From a virus, in the IMG/VR virus record IMGVR_UViG_3300035145_004174, positions 37,072 through 101,071 of that record: 64,000 bases of DNA, one strand, 5' to 3'. The notes under the pieces are model-generated. The model was not told the DNA's origin. It did no database searches and saw only the letters and a list, made by a program, of their open reading frames with translations. The position numbers and the translations under genes were made by a program. This document shows, piece after piece, positions 1-10,228 of the stretch (position 1 is its first letter; each line of letters opens with the position of its first letter).

Positions 1-2
1 CT

Positions 3-1751
3 GGAATACATCCTTCTGGAATTGCAATATCTTTTAGTAAAATATCTGAAATATGTCCTCTTCAAAAAAGTAACGATGGCTCTCTGGTTACTGGATATGA
101 CATGAACTGGGTCTCAGAACTCATGGTTAAATTTGATATACTCGGATTGCGAACATTGTCAGCCATTTATTCTTGCTGTAATAATTTAAAAATCGATCCT
201 ACTGATATAAATCTCGATTCTGATGATATTTATTCTAACCTTGATGATTTGAGAACTCCTCATGGTCTTTTTCAAATTGAGGCTAGTGCAAATTTTATGG
301 TTTGTAAAAAAATAAGACCTTCTAGTCTTGAGCAATTGAGTGCTGTTATTGCTATAGCTAGACCAGGAGCTATGGATTTTGCAGATTTATATAAAGACTA
401 TAGAGATACTGGCAGACACCAAAGTGTTGATTCTTTTTTTGACGATGTATTGTCTTATACTGGCGGCATACCATTATACCAAGAGCAGCTCATGAAGATG
501 GCTGTAAAGGTTGGATTCAGCCTAGAAGAATCAGAAGAATTGAGGCGTATCGTTGGGAAGAAAAAGGTAAAAGAGATGCCTAAATGGAAAAAGAAAATAG
601 AAGAAAAAATAAAATCCAACAATTTGTCCAGCAACATTTCTGATGTTCTTTGGAAGGTTGCTGAAGATAGTGCTAATTATTCTTTCAATAAAAGTCACTC
701 TATTTCTTATGCCATATTGGCGGCTTGGACTATATATTTAAAATTCAAACACCCTCAAGACTTTTTCCTTAGCTTATTAAAAATGACTAAGTACGAGCCT
801 TCTCCACAAGATGAGATAAACAAAATATCTCAAGAGTTAGCTCATTTTGGAATTTCTTTACTTTCTCCAGATTTAGCTCTTTCTGAGATGGATTTTACTA
901 TAGAAGGTTCTGATATACGCTTTGGCCTCAATAGCATAAAAGGAATAAGCGAAAAGTCTTTAGAAAAATTAAAAGATTTCAGAAACTCTAGCAAGCCAAA
1001 CAAGTATGATACTTTTCTATCAGCGAAAGAGTCGGGTCTTAACATTGGAGTTTTATCTGCTTTAATTCAAGCTGGAGCATTATCTTCCTTCAAAACAAAC
1101 AGACCTCGCTTGGTTTTAGAGGCCCAAGTTTTTAACTTATTAACAGACAGGGAGAAAAGAAATTTTATAAAAATTGGTCCAAAATATAATTTTGATATTT
1201 TAAATTCCATACATGATTGCGTTCAAAACCAAATAATTGGAGACGACAACAAGCCTATCATGAAAGACTCTAGGTTTGCTACATTAAAATCCAAATACAA
1301 ATCTTATAAATCTATTTATGAAAAAAATAAAAAATATGAAGATTTTGCTAATTGGTTTTTTGAAAAGACCTTATTAGGGTTTAGTTATAGCAAAAATCTC
1401 TCTGAATGTTTCGGTGCTAATAAAAATTTCAAAACATCCTTGCATTTCAACTCTTGCGAAAAAGGAGATCGAGCTAAATACATTGGTGTGGTTGAAGATA
1501 TTATTTCTAGAAAAAGCAAGAAAAATAATAATTATATTAAAATGACAATAGGTGACGAATACGGTCGATATGATGCTTTAATTTTAGATGCTAAAGAAAA
1601 AAATCTTACTAAATTTTTATCATCAAATACTATGCCTGAAAAAAATAGCATAATTGTTTTGCTTGGTAGCAAAGGTGAAGATATATTATTTGTTAATCAA
1701 GCATCTGTTATAGATGAAAAAATATATATGAAACTTTCTGAAATTAGATAA
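3..1751 (+). CDS. dnaE: DNA polymerase III alpha subunit (family C), 5'-truncated by the window
   Basis: Frame is open from position 3 (GIHPSGIAI..., the DnaE G.H..G motif), in frame with the 102 ORF. Motifs VKFDILGL, LFQIE, AIARPG, PLYQEQLM, YSFNKSHS, IRFGLNSIKGI and a C-terminal OB fold. Confidence 0.95.
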   Translation, partial: GIHPSGIAISFSKISEICPLQKSNDGSLVTGYDMNWVSELMVKFDILGLRTLSAIYSCCNNLKIDPTDINLDSDDIYSNLDDLRTPHGLFQIEASANFMVCKKIRPSSLEQLSAVIAIARPGAMDFADLYKDYRDTGRHQSVDSFFDDVLSYTGGIPLYQEQLMKMAVKVGFSLEESEELRRIVGKKKVKEMPKWKKKIEEKIKSNNLSSNISDVLWKVAEDSANYSFNKSHSISYAILAAWTIYLKFKHPQDFFLSLLKMTKYEPSPQDEINKISQELAHFGISLLSPDLALSEMDFTIEGSDIRFGLNSIKGISEKSLEKLKDFRNSSKPNKYDTFLSAKESGLNIGVLSALIQAGALSSFKTNRPRLVLEAQVFNLLTDREKRNFIKIGPKYNFDILNSIHDCVQNQIIGDDNKPIMKDSRFATLKSKYKSYKSIYEKNKKYEDFANWFFEKTLLGFSYSKNLSECFGANKNFKTSLHFNSCEKGDRAKYIGVVEDIISRKSKKNNNYIKMTIGDEYGRYDALILDAKEKNLTKFLSSNTMPEKNSIIVLLGSKGEDILFVNQASVIDEKIYMKLSEIR

Positions 1752-4132
1752 TGGAAAAATACAACCTAACACCTAGGGTTCAAAAAGTAATATCTTTAGC
1801 TAGAGAAACTGCTGATAATTTAAAATGTGATATAGTAGATTTAGATCATTTATTATTTGCGGTTCTAGATAGCGGCCAGTCTACAATTGTTAGTTTCTTT
1901 GAAGACTTGAACATATCTTTAGATGATTTTAAAACATTTGTATTTAACAATATACAAGGTGATTTTTTTAGCAGTTCTGATTCCTCAAAAATTTCTTTTT
2001 CTAAAGATTTTAAGGATGCGTTTTCGGAGTCTAAGGTTTTGTGTGAAAAATTAAATCACAATTATATAGGGGTTGAGCATTTATTTTATTCTTTGATATG
2101 TCATGAAAAATCTCCTTTAATTGATTTTTTCAAAACTTTTAAAGTTAGCGTTAAAAAATCAAAAGAAAAACTTGAGAAGTTTTTTAAGACTGGCGAATGG
2201 GACGAAACAAAAAAAAGAAAAAAAGTAAGCCCTCCTCCTATCCCCCAACAGGACAACTCAAACCAATCTTCAAATTTAGAATCTTATTGCAAAAATTATA
2301 ACTTAATGGCTCTTCGTGGTCATTTTGATAAAGTCATATTTAAAGAAGAAGAATTGTCTAAAATATCTGAAATATTATGTAGGAGAAATAAAAACAATCC
2401 TGTATTGGTTGGGCTTCCTGGCACAGGAAAAACTACTTTGGTCGAGGGTCTAGCTCAATCTATAGTCAATGGAACTTGCACCAGTTTTCTTTCTAATAAA
2501 ATTATCTATGAGTTGGATCTTGCTGCCATGATAGCTGGAACTAAGTATAGAGGTCAGTTTGAAGAAAGACTAAAAGGTTTGCTAAAAGAAGTTTCGAATT
2601 CTAATAATATAATTCTATTTATTGATGAGATTCACACTATAATAGGGGCGGGTTCTGCGGAGGGCAGTTTAGATGCCGCAAATATATTAAAACCTTCTTT
2701 AGCTAGAAATAAAATTAAATGTATAGGAGCTACCACCCCCAAAGAATTTAAAAGATTTTTCACGAAAGATCCTGCTTTAGAAAGGAGATTTGAGGAAGTC
2801 CAAGTGGTGCAACCTTCTCCTAAAGAAGCTTACGAGATATTGAAAGGCATCAGTTCTCAATATGAAAAATTTCACCATGTAGTATACAGAAAAAATTCTT
2901 TAAAGCTAGCTGTAGACTTATCTGTTAGATATATAAATGATCGACAGTTGCCAGATAAAGCTATAGACATCATAGATCAAGCTGGAGCCAAAGTTAAAAT
3001 GAGAAATTTTAAAAAGCCAGAAAAAGCTCTACTTCTTGAGAAAAAGATAGATGATTCTATGCATAAAGATTATGATGGTTTTGACGAAGAGCAGGAGGAT
3101 TTATTGTCTCAATATAAGTCTGTATTAGAATCTTGGACAAATTCTTATCAAAATAAAAAATTCTTTGTAACTAAAGATGATATTTACGATGTGATATCAT
3201 CAAGGACAGGCATACCAGTCGGAAACTTAACCGAGAAAGAATCTAATATTTTATTAAATTTAAATAATTCTTTAAATAAAATTGTTTTTGGTCAAAGTAA
3301 AGCTTGTTCTGCCGTTTCTCAATGTATACTTAGGTCAAAAAGCGGACTTACAGAAGGGAGCAAACCCGTGGGATCTTTTCTCTTCTTAGGTCAGACTGGT
3401 GTTGGCAAAACTTTCATGGCTAAAGCTTTAGCCAAGCATGTATTTGGTAGCGAAGATAATTTAATACATATAGATATGTCAGAATATTCTGAGAAGATAA
3501 ACATATCAAGACTTATAGGCTCTTCTCCAGGTTACGTTGGTTATGAAGATGGAGGTCAATTAACTGACAAAATCAAAGCTAAGCCTTATTCTGTCGTACT
3601 TTTTGACGAGATTGAAAAAGCTCATCCAGATGTTTTAAATGTTCTCCTTCAGCTTTTAGATGAAGGTAGGCTTACTGATAATTTTGGAAGAGTTTCCGAC
3701 TTCACTAATACCATTGTTATATTAACTAGTAATATAGGAGCGAGATCTTTGACTAAAAATACTTCAGTAGGGTTTGTTTCTTCAAAAAAAGAATCAATGA
3801 GTGACGCTCGCAAGGAAGCTGAAAAAAAATTAACTCCAGAATTAATTAATAGACTTGATGAAATTATAGTTTTTAATTCTTTCTCTTTAAAAGATATAAA
3901 ATCATTTTTTATCAATGAGCTTAAGCAACTAAAATCTAAAGTAAAAAAGAACAATAAAATTATTTTAGAAATAGAGCCAGAAATGGTTGATTTTTTATCA
4001 GAAGAAGCTTATAATAAAAACTTAGGTGCTAGACCAGTAAAAAGAATGATTCAAAAATATATTGAAAATGATGTATCCAAATGGATAATAAATCAACAAA
4101 CTGGAAAACTGACAATTAAAAAACCAATTTAA
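1751..4132 (+). CDS. clpC: ClpC/ClpA-like ATP-dependent Clp protease ATPase subunit
   Basis: Clp N-repeats (EHL), NNPVLVGLPGTGKT, AGTKYRGQFEERL, LFIDEIH, second Walker A GQTGVGKT, PPG-like SPGYVGY, LFDEIEKAHPDV, SVGF ClpP-docking loop. TAATG overlap with dnaE. Confidence 0.93.
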   Translation: MEKYNLTPRVQKVISLARETADNLKCDIVDLDHLLFAVLDSGQSTIVSFFEDLNISLDDFKTFVFNNIQGDFFSSSDSSKISFSKDFKDAFSESKVLCEKLNHNYIGVEHLFYSLICHEKSPLIDFFKTFKVSVKKSKEKLEKFFKTGEWDETKKRKKVSPPPIPQQDNSNQSSNLESYCKNYNLMALRGHFDKVIFKEEELSKISEILCRRNKNNPVLVGLPGTGKTTLVEGLAQSIVNGTCTSFLSNKIIYELDLAAMIAGTKYRGQFEERLKGLLKEVSNSNNIILFIDEIHTIIGAGSAEGSLDAANILKPSLARNKIKCIGATTPKEFKRFFTKDPALERRFEEVQVVQPSPKEAYEILKGISSQYEKFHHVVYRKNSLKLAVDLSVRYINDRQLPDKAIDIIDQAGAKVKMRNFKKPEKALLLEKKIDDSMHKDYDGFDEEQEDLLSQYKSVLESWTNSYQNKKFFVTKDDIYDVISSRTGIPVGNLTEKESNILLNLNNSLNKIVFGQSKACSAVSQCILRSKSGLTEGSKPVGSFLFLGQTGVGKTFMAKALAKHVFGSEDNLIHIDMSEYSEKINISRLIGSSPGYVGYEDGGQLTDKIKAKPYSVVLFDEIEKAHPDVLNVLLQLLDEGRLTDNFGRVSDFTNTIVILTSNIGARSLTKNTSVGFVSSKKESMSDARKEAEKKLTPELINRLDEIIVFNSFSLKDIKSFFINELKQLKSKVKKNNKIILEIEPEMVDFLSEEAYNKNLGARPVKRMIQKYIENDVSKWIINQQTGKLTIKKPI

Positions 4133-4133
4133 A

Positions 4134-4676
4134 ATGACTGAAGACAAAAAAAAATATAAATATCAAGTATCTATAGCTGACAAAAGGGTAATGGAGTACA
4201 ACCAAGTTGGCCCTGAATATCATTCAAGAAACTGGTTCAAGTTTGAAACCATTCTTGATTTTTTAAAATTTTTGAAATCAAAAGATGGTAAGAAATTTGA
4301 ACTTTCTGACGGCATGAATATCTCAATGATAACGCAAAAAGACACTGACAGAATTTTAAGCATAAATCTTGTAGCGTCAATTGATTGTGATGTAGAGGGA
4401 GCTATTGAAGAGCATGTTTTTGACTCCAAAGAAGAGGCTAATGATTTCATTAAAAAAGAAAACCTTAAGCCTTCATCCAACCTTCTTGACGAAGAATCTA
4501 AAGATCAACTTAGTAAATTCTTTTCGGGCAAAAAGTGCTTTTTTCCAGAAGCTTCTAAACTTCAGTCTGATTATTTCGATGCGAAGGAAAAATTGGAAGC
4601 CTCAGATGTAAAAGGAGAAATTATTCTAGGGATGGAGTACGAACAAAAGGTCGTAGATATTTTAATCAATTATTAA
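4134..4676 (+). CDS. hypothetical protein
   Basis: 180 aa ORF tightly packed in the plus-strand operon; no motif recognised. Confidence 0.7.
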   Translation: MTEDKKKYKYQVSIADKRVMEYNQVGPEYHSRNWFKFETILDFLKFLKSKDGKKFELSDGMNISMITQKDTDRILSINLVASIDCDVEGAIEEHVFDSKEEANDFIKKENLKPSSNLLDEESKDQLSKFFSGKKCFFPEASKLQSDYFDAKEKLEASDVKGEIILGMEYEQKVVDILINY

Positions 4677-4694
4677 ACAAAAACCAAAACAATT

Positions 4695-5291
4695 ATGTCT
4701 ATTCAAATATATAAACCAAACAGCAAAAACACAGGATCAGCTTTCACATTTTCCAAAAGTTTAGATAAAAAAACTGGATCTCCCGTTTTTTATATCAGTG
4801 CTATATCTCAGTTCTCTTGGAATGATGATACTAAAACTGGTTCTTTTTCTGGAAATTCAAAAAACCCAGAAAAAACTATAAATGTCAAGATCAGTGAATC
4901 TGAAGCTGGTTCGTTAATAAGCTCGTTTAATTCTAGGTACGAGTATACCGCTTTTCATAGTTACGAAGGCAACAATACAACAATTAAATCTACACCTTGG
5001 GATAAGAAGCAGAAGGTTTCTAAATACGATACAGCCTCAAAGGGTTTCGTCGATTCCGAGATTCAAGTTCCAGCTTTTGGTATGACTTTGTCTAAAGGCA
5101 AAGGCAACTCTATAAAGATAGCTCTTGAGCCTGGAGAGGTTGAGCTTGTTAAAAGCTTGCTTTCAATATTCATTGAAGATTTCTTAAGATTTAAAATTTC
5201 TCTATCAGAGTCTTACTCGCAAAAATCTACTCAAAAATCAGAACCTCAATCAACCGAAGAGCAAGATGAGTTTGAAGATGCTCCATTCTAA
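4695..5291 (+). CDS. putative ssDNA-binding protein, Whirly-like fold with SSB-type acidic tail
   Basis: Pattern IYK...VKISESEAGSLIS...AFH...IALEPGEVELV parallels plant Whirly (IYKG...SLSVTEIGSIIS...FFH...IPVTKAEFAVL). C-terminus DEFEDAPF resembles the SSB tail DFDDDIPF. Confidence 0.65.
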   Translation: MSIQIYKPNSKNTGSAFTFSKSLDKKTGSPVFYISAISQFSWNDDTKTGSFSGNSKNPEKTINVKISESEAGSLISSFNSRYEYTAFHSYEGNNTTIKSTPWDKKQKVSKYDTASKGFVDSEIQVPAFGMTLSKGKGNSIKIALEPGEVELVKSLLSIFIEDFLRFKISLSESYSQKSTQKSEPQSTEEQDEFEDAPF

Positions 5292-5296
5292 TCCAA

Positions 5297-7210
5297 GTGG
5301 ATAAAAAATTAAAAATATTATATCACAGTAATTATTCCAAAATACTTACTGGGTTCGGCAAAAATGCAAAAAATGTATTAAAATATTTAGCGAAAACAGG
5401 TAAGTATGAAATTGTTGAATTAAGTAACGGTGTAAGCAAAAGCAGTGAAGACTTAAAGAAACTTCCATGGAAAGCTGTGGGTGGCATACCAGATGATCAG
5501 TCTGTGATAGATAAGATAAACAAAGATCCTAATTTATCTAGACAAGCCCAATATGGAATGATTGGGATAGACGATATTATCAAATCTGAAAAACCAGATG
5601 TTTACATAGGTGTAGAAGATATATGGGGTCTCTCCTCGTTTACCAAAAAAAGCTGGTGGAACAAAATCAATTGTATGATATGGACCACCTTAGATAGCCT
5701 TCCTCTTTTACCCGATGCTGTCAAAAGAGCCCCATCTATAAAAAATTATTTTGTCTGGGCTTCTTTTGCCGAAAAAGCCATGAAAAAACTTGGTCATGAC
5801 CATGTTAAAACATTGCATGGGGCTGTAGACTGCTCTAACTTTTTCAATGTTGGCCCTGAAAACAAGAAAAAATTAAGAAATTTTTTTAATATTGACGAAG
5901 ATGCTTTTGTTATAGGTTTCGTTTTTAGAAATCAGCTCAGGAAAAGTGTCCCAAATTTATTAGAAGGATTCAAGATCTTTAAACAAAAAAACCCAAAATC
6001 TAAAGCTAAATTATTATTACATACTAACTTTGCTGAAGGTTGGGGGATTCCCGCATTAGTTGAGGAGAAAGGTTTAGATAAAGATGACATTTTATGTACT
6101 TACTATTGTCCTAATTGTAAAAGATATGAAGTAAAACCTTTTCAAGGACACAAGCTTGATTGCAAGTTCTGTGGGTCAAAAGAAAGCTGTAACACAACCT
6201 CTATAGTTGCTGGGGTTGACGAAAATCAACTTAATGAAATTTACAATTTAATGGATGTTTATTGCCATCCTTTTACATCTGGGGGGCAAGAAATACCGAT
6301 TCAAGAAGCTAAACTTACTGAGCTTATAACTCTAGTCACTAATTACTCTTGCGGTGAAGACATGTGTACTGATGAATCTGGAGGTTTCCCTCTTGATTGG
6401 TCTGAATACAGGGAGCCTGGAACTCAATTCATAAAAGCTAGTACATCCCCAAACAGTATCTCTAATAAATTAACTAAGGTTTATAAGATGGATGATTTAA
6501 AGAGATCTTCTCTTGGTAAAAAATCTAGACAATACATCATTGACAATTATTCCGTTGATGTTATTGGTAAAAAATTAGAAAATATAATTGATTCTATGGG
6601 GGCTACTACTTACGACTTTTCTTTTGAGGCGGAAAAGAGAAACCCAAAATACATTCCACCAAATATAGATAACGATTCTGATTGGCTTATAGATTTATAT
6701 AAAAATATTTTAAAAGTTGATTTGGACCATAATGACGATGGGCACAAGCATTGGATGAATGCTTTAAAAAACGGAGCCACTAGAATTTCTATTTTAGATT
6801 ATTTTAGATCAGTAGCTGAGCAAGAAAATAAAAACATGTCTCAGAAACCTATAGACTTGAATAATATAATTCAAAACTCTGGTAATAAGAAAGCTTTATT
6901 TTCCGTAAGTACGTCAAGGGAAGATGTTTTTTTGGTTCTAACTTTATTAGAATCCTTCAAGAAGAAAAATGAAAATTGCGATATCTTTTTTGCTACTCGT
7001 CCTGAATTTTTTTCCATGGTTGATTGTAATCCTTTTGTTTACAAATGCATACCTTATCAAGATGGGCTTGACAGTGAAAAATCTATGCTAGGAGCAAACT
7101 TAAAAGAAGGTGAAAAATATTTTGATTATTGTTATAATTTTAATTTTTTACTTAGAGGTGGTCCAGACATGATTTCGGCTCAAAATAATTTATTTGAAAT
7201 TTATGAATAA
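5297..7210 (+). CDS. GT4-family glycosyltransferase with Zn-ribbon insertion and extra C-terminal domains
   Basis: TGFG N-terminal motif, HGAVD, FRNQLRKSVP, YNLMDVYCHPFTSGGQEIPIQEA (GT-B E-x7-E-like region), CPNC...CKFC insertion; GTG start. Confidence 0.8.
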   Translation: MDKKLKILYHSNYSKILTGFGKNAKNVLKYLAKTGKYEIVELSNGVSKSSEDLKKLPWKAVGGIPDDQSVIDKINKDPNLSRQAQYGMIGIDDIIKSEKPDVYIGVEDIWGLSSFTKKSWWNKINCMIWTTLDSLPLLPDAVKRAPSIKNYFVWASFAEKAMKKLGHDHVKTLHGAVDCSNFFNVGPENKKKLRNFFNIDEDAFVIGFVFRNQLRKSVPNLLEGFKIFKQKNPKSKAKLLLHTNFAEGWGIPALVEEKGLDKDDILCTYYCPNCKRYEVKPFQGHKLDCKFCGSKESCNTTSIVAGVDENQLNEIYNLMDVYCHPFTSGGQEIPIQEAKLTELITLVTNYSCGEDMCTDESGGFPLDWSEYREPGTQFIKASTSPNSISNKLTKVYKMDDLKRSSLGKKSRQYIIDNYSVDVIGKKLENIIDSMGATTYDFSFEAEKRNPKYIPPNIDNDSDWLIDLYKNILKVDLDHNDDGHKHWMNALKNGATRISILDYFRSVAEQENKNMSQKPIDLNNIIQNSGNKKALFSVSTSREDVFLVLTLLESFKKKNENCDIFFATRPEFFSMVDCNPFVYKCIPYQDGLDSEKSMLGANLKEGEKYFDYCYNFNFLLRGGPDMISAQNNLFEIYE

Positions 7211-8369
7211 AATAGAAAAGATTAGCTTGAGTTATGCTTTGAAGTCCTCAAAGCCTTTTATTAATTTTTGCTTTTACCCTCTCCCTTTTGATAGGTATGT
7301 CACGATGGATTTCTCTAAAGATCCTCAGTCTCTTTGCTATAATCATTGGCAAGATGTTATTGATATCATCAAACCTTATTTAGATGAAAATAACATTCGT
7401 ATTCTTAGGCTAGGAGATGCAGATAGTTACCAAGTTGACGGCATTCAAGATTATACCTCTAAGACTTTCAATCAAAATGCTTATATTCTAAAAAATTCCA
7501 TGTTGCACTTTGGTTCGAATGGGTTATTGACTTTTCTTTCTAGCAATCTGGACATCCCTTTAGTTTCTCTTTTTTCAGGCACACCTTCTTCCCTTTTTCC
7601 TTTTCCTGAGACCTCTAAACGTATATTCATAGACTCTCCTAAAGATGGCAAAAATCCAAGTTTTTCCGACTATGAATCACCAAAAACTATTGATAAAATA
7701 GATCCCTGTGAGATTTCTAGATCTATATTAAATTTGTTGAACATCTCTCACCAATTAGAATCTTCTAAGCTTATATTTCAAGGGGATATGTCTAACATTA
7801 AAACTATAGAAATAATTCCAGATTTCTTTCCCTCCAAAAGTCTTCTTCCAGGATCACTTATAAATGTAAGGGCTGACCTTTTTCTTGATGAACAAAATAT
7901 TTTTGGACTATCTCAATCCAATAGACGTCTTGGGATTATAACAAAAGATAGGCTTTCAGCAGGTCTTCTTAGTTCTATTTCTAAAAGTGTTCAAAGGATA
8001 ACTATTAATGCTGATGAGGGAATAGATGAAAAATTTCTTTTTGATTTAAAGATGTTAAATATTCCATATGAATTTTTTGTAACAAAAAAAGACAGGCTTA
8101 AAGAATTAAGATTAGATTATATAGATGAAACGATTGAGCTTTTTGAGAAACCAAAAAAACCCCTTGCTTTTAAAGTTGAAAATTCACATAATGCTTATGT
8201 GAAGTCATCTAAAATATTATTATCTAAGTTGGGTAGTTTTCCTACAAAAGCCCACTGGATCTGTGATAAAAAAAGTGAAGGAGTTTTTCAGGAATATATA
8301 GATTCCTCTGATTTTTGGGAAGACTCTGATTTTATAAATATATATCAATCTAAAAATGAAATCGTCTGA
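7194..8369 (+). CDS. GT9-like (heptosyltransferase-like) GT-B protein
   Basis: YNHWQDVID...RILRLG...TFNQNAYILKNSMLHFGSNG...IPLVSLF is a degenerate GT9 pattern; overlaps the preceding GT. Confidence 0.55.
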   Translation: MKFMNKIEKISLSYALKSSKPFINFCFYPLPFDRYVTMDFSKDPQSLCYNHWQDVIDIIKPYLDENNIRILRLGDADSYQVDGIQDYTSKTFNQNAYILKNSMLHFGSNGLLTFLSSNLDIPLVSLFSGTPSSLFPFPETSKRIFIDSPKDGKNPSFSDYESPKTIDKIDPCEISRSILNLLNISHQLESSKLIFQGDMSNIKTIEIIPDFFPSKSLLPGSLINVRADLFLDEQNIFGLSQSNRRLGIITKDRLSAGLLSSISKSVQRITINADEGIDEKFLFDLKMLNIPYEFFVTKKDRLKELRLDYIDETIELFEKPKKPLAFKVENSHNAYVKSSKILLSKLGSFPTKAHWICDKKSEGVFQEYIDSSDFWEDSDFINIYQSKNEIV

Positions 8370-9114
8370 AAAAAATACTCCTCCAAGCTCGTATAAGAGA
8401 AACGAATATGGATTAATTTCTAATGTAGATTATGTGTTCAATGAAGATGGATCTGTTGACTGGAGATCCATGATTAAAGAAGAGCATCTTTTCCCCAATA
8501 AAGGCTGGTTTGATGCCAGAAAAAAAACCATGCCCAAGAGTATTTCTGGATTAAAAGATCACCAACTTTTAATTAAACTTGGGGGTATCAAAGAGCTCGC
8601 AAAACTAAGGGGGTTCACATCTGTTCAATATAAAACTGTGAAGTGTGACCAAGACCATGTTGCGGTTTCTTGTTCTATAACTTTTTTACCTAATTATGAA
8701 ACAGGAGACAACCCTGTCGTCTTTGAAGACATGGCGAATGCTACCTTAAACAATACCAGTAGTTTTGCTACAAAATTCCTTGAAACTATAGCTTGTAATA
8801 GGGCTTTCGTTAGGTGTGTTAGAAATTTTTTAAATGTACATATTGTTGGCGATGATGAGATAGATAAATCTGATGGTTCCAACTCTATACCTACTATTTC
8901 TAAGTCAAGTTCTTTATCTCCACAGGGCATATTAAAGAATACATGTATTGACCATGGACATTCATCTTTTAATGAATTTATGGAAGTGCTAAGGACTTGG
9001 CACACTACAGGCATTTATATTGTACCAGATAATGTTGACCCCAAAACATGGTCTGATTTTGAAGACATCCCCGCAAAACAAGCTAGGGAGTTTTTAAAAT
9101 TAATTAAAAATTAA
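8356..9114 (+). CDS. putative ssDNA-annealing protein (Rad52/Sak-like)
   Basis: beta-beta-beta-alpha core ending LETIACNRAFVRCVRNFLN...DEI, typical of phage annealases; sits in the replication block. Confidence 0.5.
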   Translation: MKSSEKNTPPSSYKRNEYGLISNVDYVFNEDGSVDWRSMIKEEHLFPNKGWFDARKKTMPKSISGLKDHQLLIKLGGIKELAKLRGFTSVQYKTVKCDQDHVAVSCSITFLPNYETGDNPVVFEDMANATLNNTSSFATKFLETIACNRAFVRCVRNFLNVHIVGDDEIDKSDGSNSIPTISKSSSLSPQGILKNTCIDHGHSSFNEFMEVLRTWHTTGIYIVPDNVDPKTWSDFEDIPAKQAREFLKLIKN

Positions 9115-9149
9115 TATTCGTAAAAGTGATAGGGATTTTAAATACATTT

Positions 9150-9581
9150 TTAATCCTTATAAATTAAATCTATGCACTTTTTAACCCATTCATCAACAGT
9201 TCCTTCTTCTAAAATTAAATCAGGATTTTTTGGAGGATCAAATATTTTATTAGTGTCTTCAAATCTTCCTTCCTTAATTCTATCAATATATATTATTATA
9301 TCTGCATTAAAAGCCTCCCTAGTTTCGTCTGTGGGGCAAACGAAGTCTGCTATAACATAGCCCCCTCCAAAAGACGCCCAATCGCACATCTTACTGAGTC
9401 TTTTGGCTTGTTCTAACCTATCTTCCATTGACCATTTCAAATCTTTATTTATGTGTTCTCTTACTAAGTCAGCATTAAACCATCCAGATTTAATTTTTTT
9501 GGACAAAACAGAAGCTAATGTAGTTTTACCGCTACCAGGAAGCCCCATAATTAAAATTTTTTTATTCATTGATAATATCAT
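9150..9581 (-). CDS. cysC: adenylyl-sulfate (APS) kinase-like protein
   Basis: GLPGSGKTT, FNADLVRE, SMEDRLEQ, ADFVCP, FDPP; start is probably 9569. Confidence 0.75.
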   Translation of the reverse strand: MILSMNKKILIMGLPGSGKTTLASVLSKKIKSGWFNADLVREHINKDLKWSMEDRLEQAKRLSKMCDWASFGGGYVIADFVCPTDETREAFNADIIIYIDRIKEGRFEDTNKIFDPPKNPDLILEEGTVDEWVKKCIDLIYKD

Positions 9582-9609
9582 ATAATGATAATTAATACTT
9601 TCAAATGTT

Positions 9610-10152
9610 ATGAAAAAAAACTTATTATTTAAAACTAAAACATACTTAGTAGGCCATATGCAATATTTAAATGGCAGAAACTGGAGGCAAGAAGTTTGCT
9701 CTCAGTTAGAGCCTAAAGGTATAACATGTTTTGATCCTTATAAAAAACCTTTTGTTAAAGATATAGAAGAGGACGAAAAATCTTTACAGGAGATGCAAGA
9801 GCACATTGAGCTTGAAAATTATGAATTAGTTTCTGAAAAGATGAGGGTAATAAGATGCTATGACCTTAATCTTGTTGACAGAAGTGACTTTGTGATCGCT
9901 CATATTAATCCTAAAATTGCTAGTTGGGGTAGTGCTGAAGAAATAGTAACTGCTGTTCGAATGAAAAAGCCTATTTTTATTAGCGTGGAAGGTGGGAAGA
10001 AAAAAACTCCTTTATGGATTTTAGGAATGCTGCCTCATAAATATATCTATGATTCGGTTGATGATATAATAAAAACTATTTTTGATATAGATTCTGGAGC
10101 GATAGAGATAGATTCTGATAGATGGAGGTTATTGAGAGAAAATTTCAGATAA
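9610..10152 (+). CDS. nucleoside 2-deoxyribosyltransferase-like protein
   Basis: YLVGHM, WRQ, FDP, DLNLVDRSDFVIA, SWGSAEEI. Confidence 0.7.
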   Translation: MKKNLLFKTKTYLVGHMQYLNGRNWRQEVCSQLEPKGITCFDPYKKPFVKDIEEDEKSLQEMQEHIELENYELVSEKMRVIRCYDLNLVDRSDFVIAHINPKIASWGSAEEIVTAVRMKKPIFISVEGGKKKTPLWILGMLPHKYIYDSVDDIIKTIFDIDSGAIEIDSDRWRLLRENFR

Positions 10153-10166
10153 CTTTTTTATTTCTG

Positions 10167-10177
10167 GTGTATATATA
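10167..10177 (+). promoter_or_regulatory. candidate phage late promoter motif GTGTA-W6
   Basis: GTGTATATATA upstream of the putative virion module; similar intergenic motifs at 23469, 25541-25557 and 36918-36930. Confidence 0.4.
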
Positions 10178-10228
10178 GTTGTGACGGTAAAACTTCAAAC
10201 AACTAATTTATTAAACTATTAAAATATT

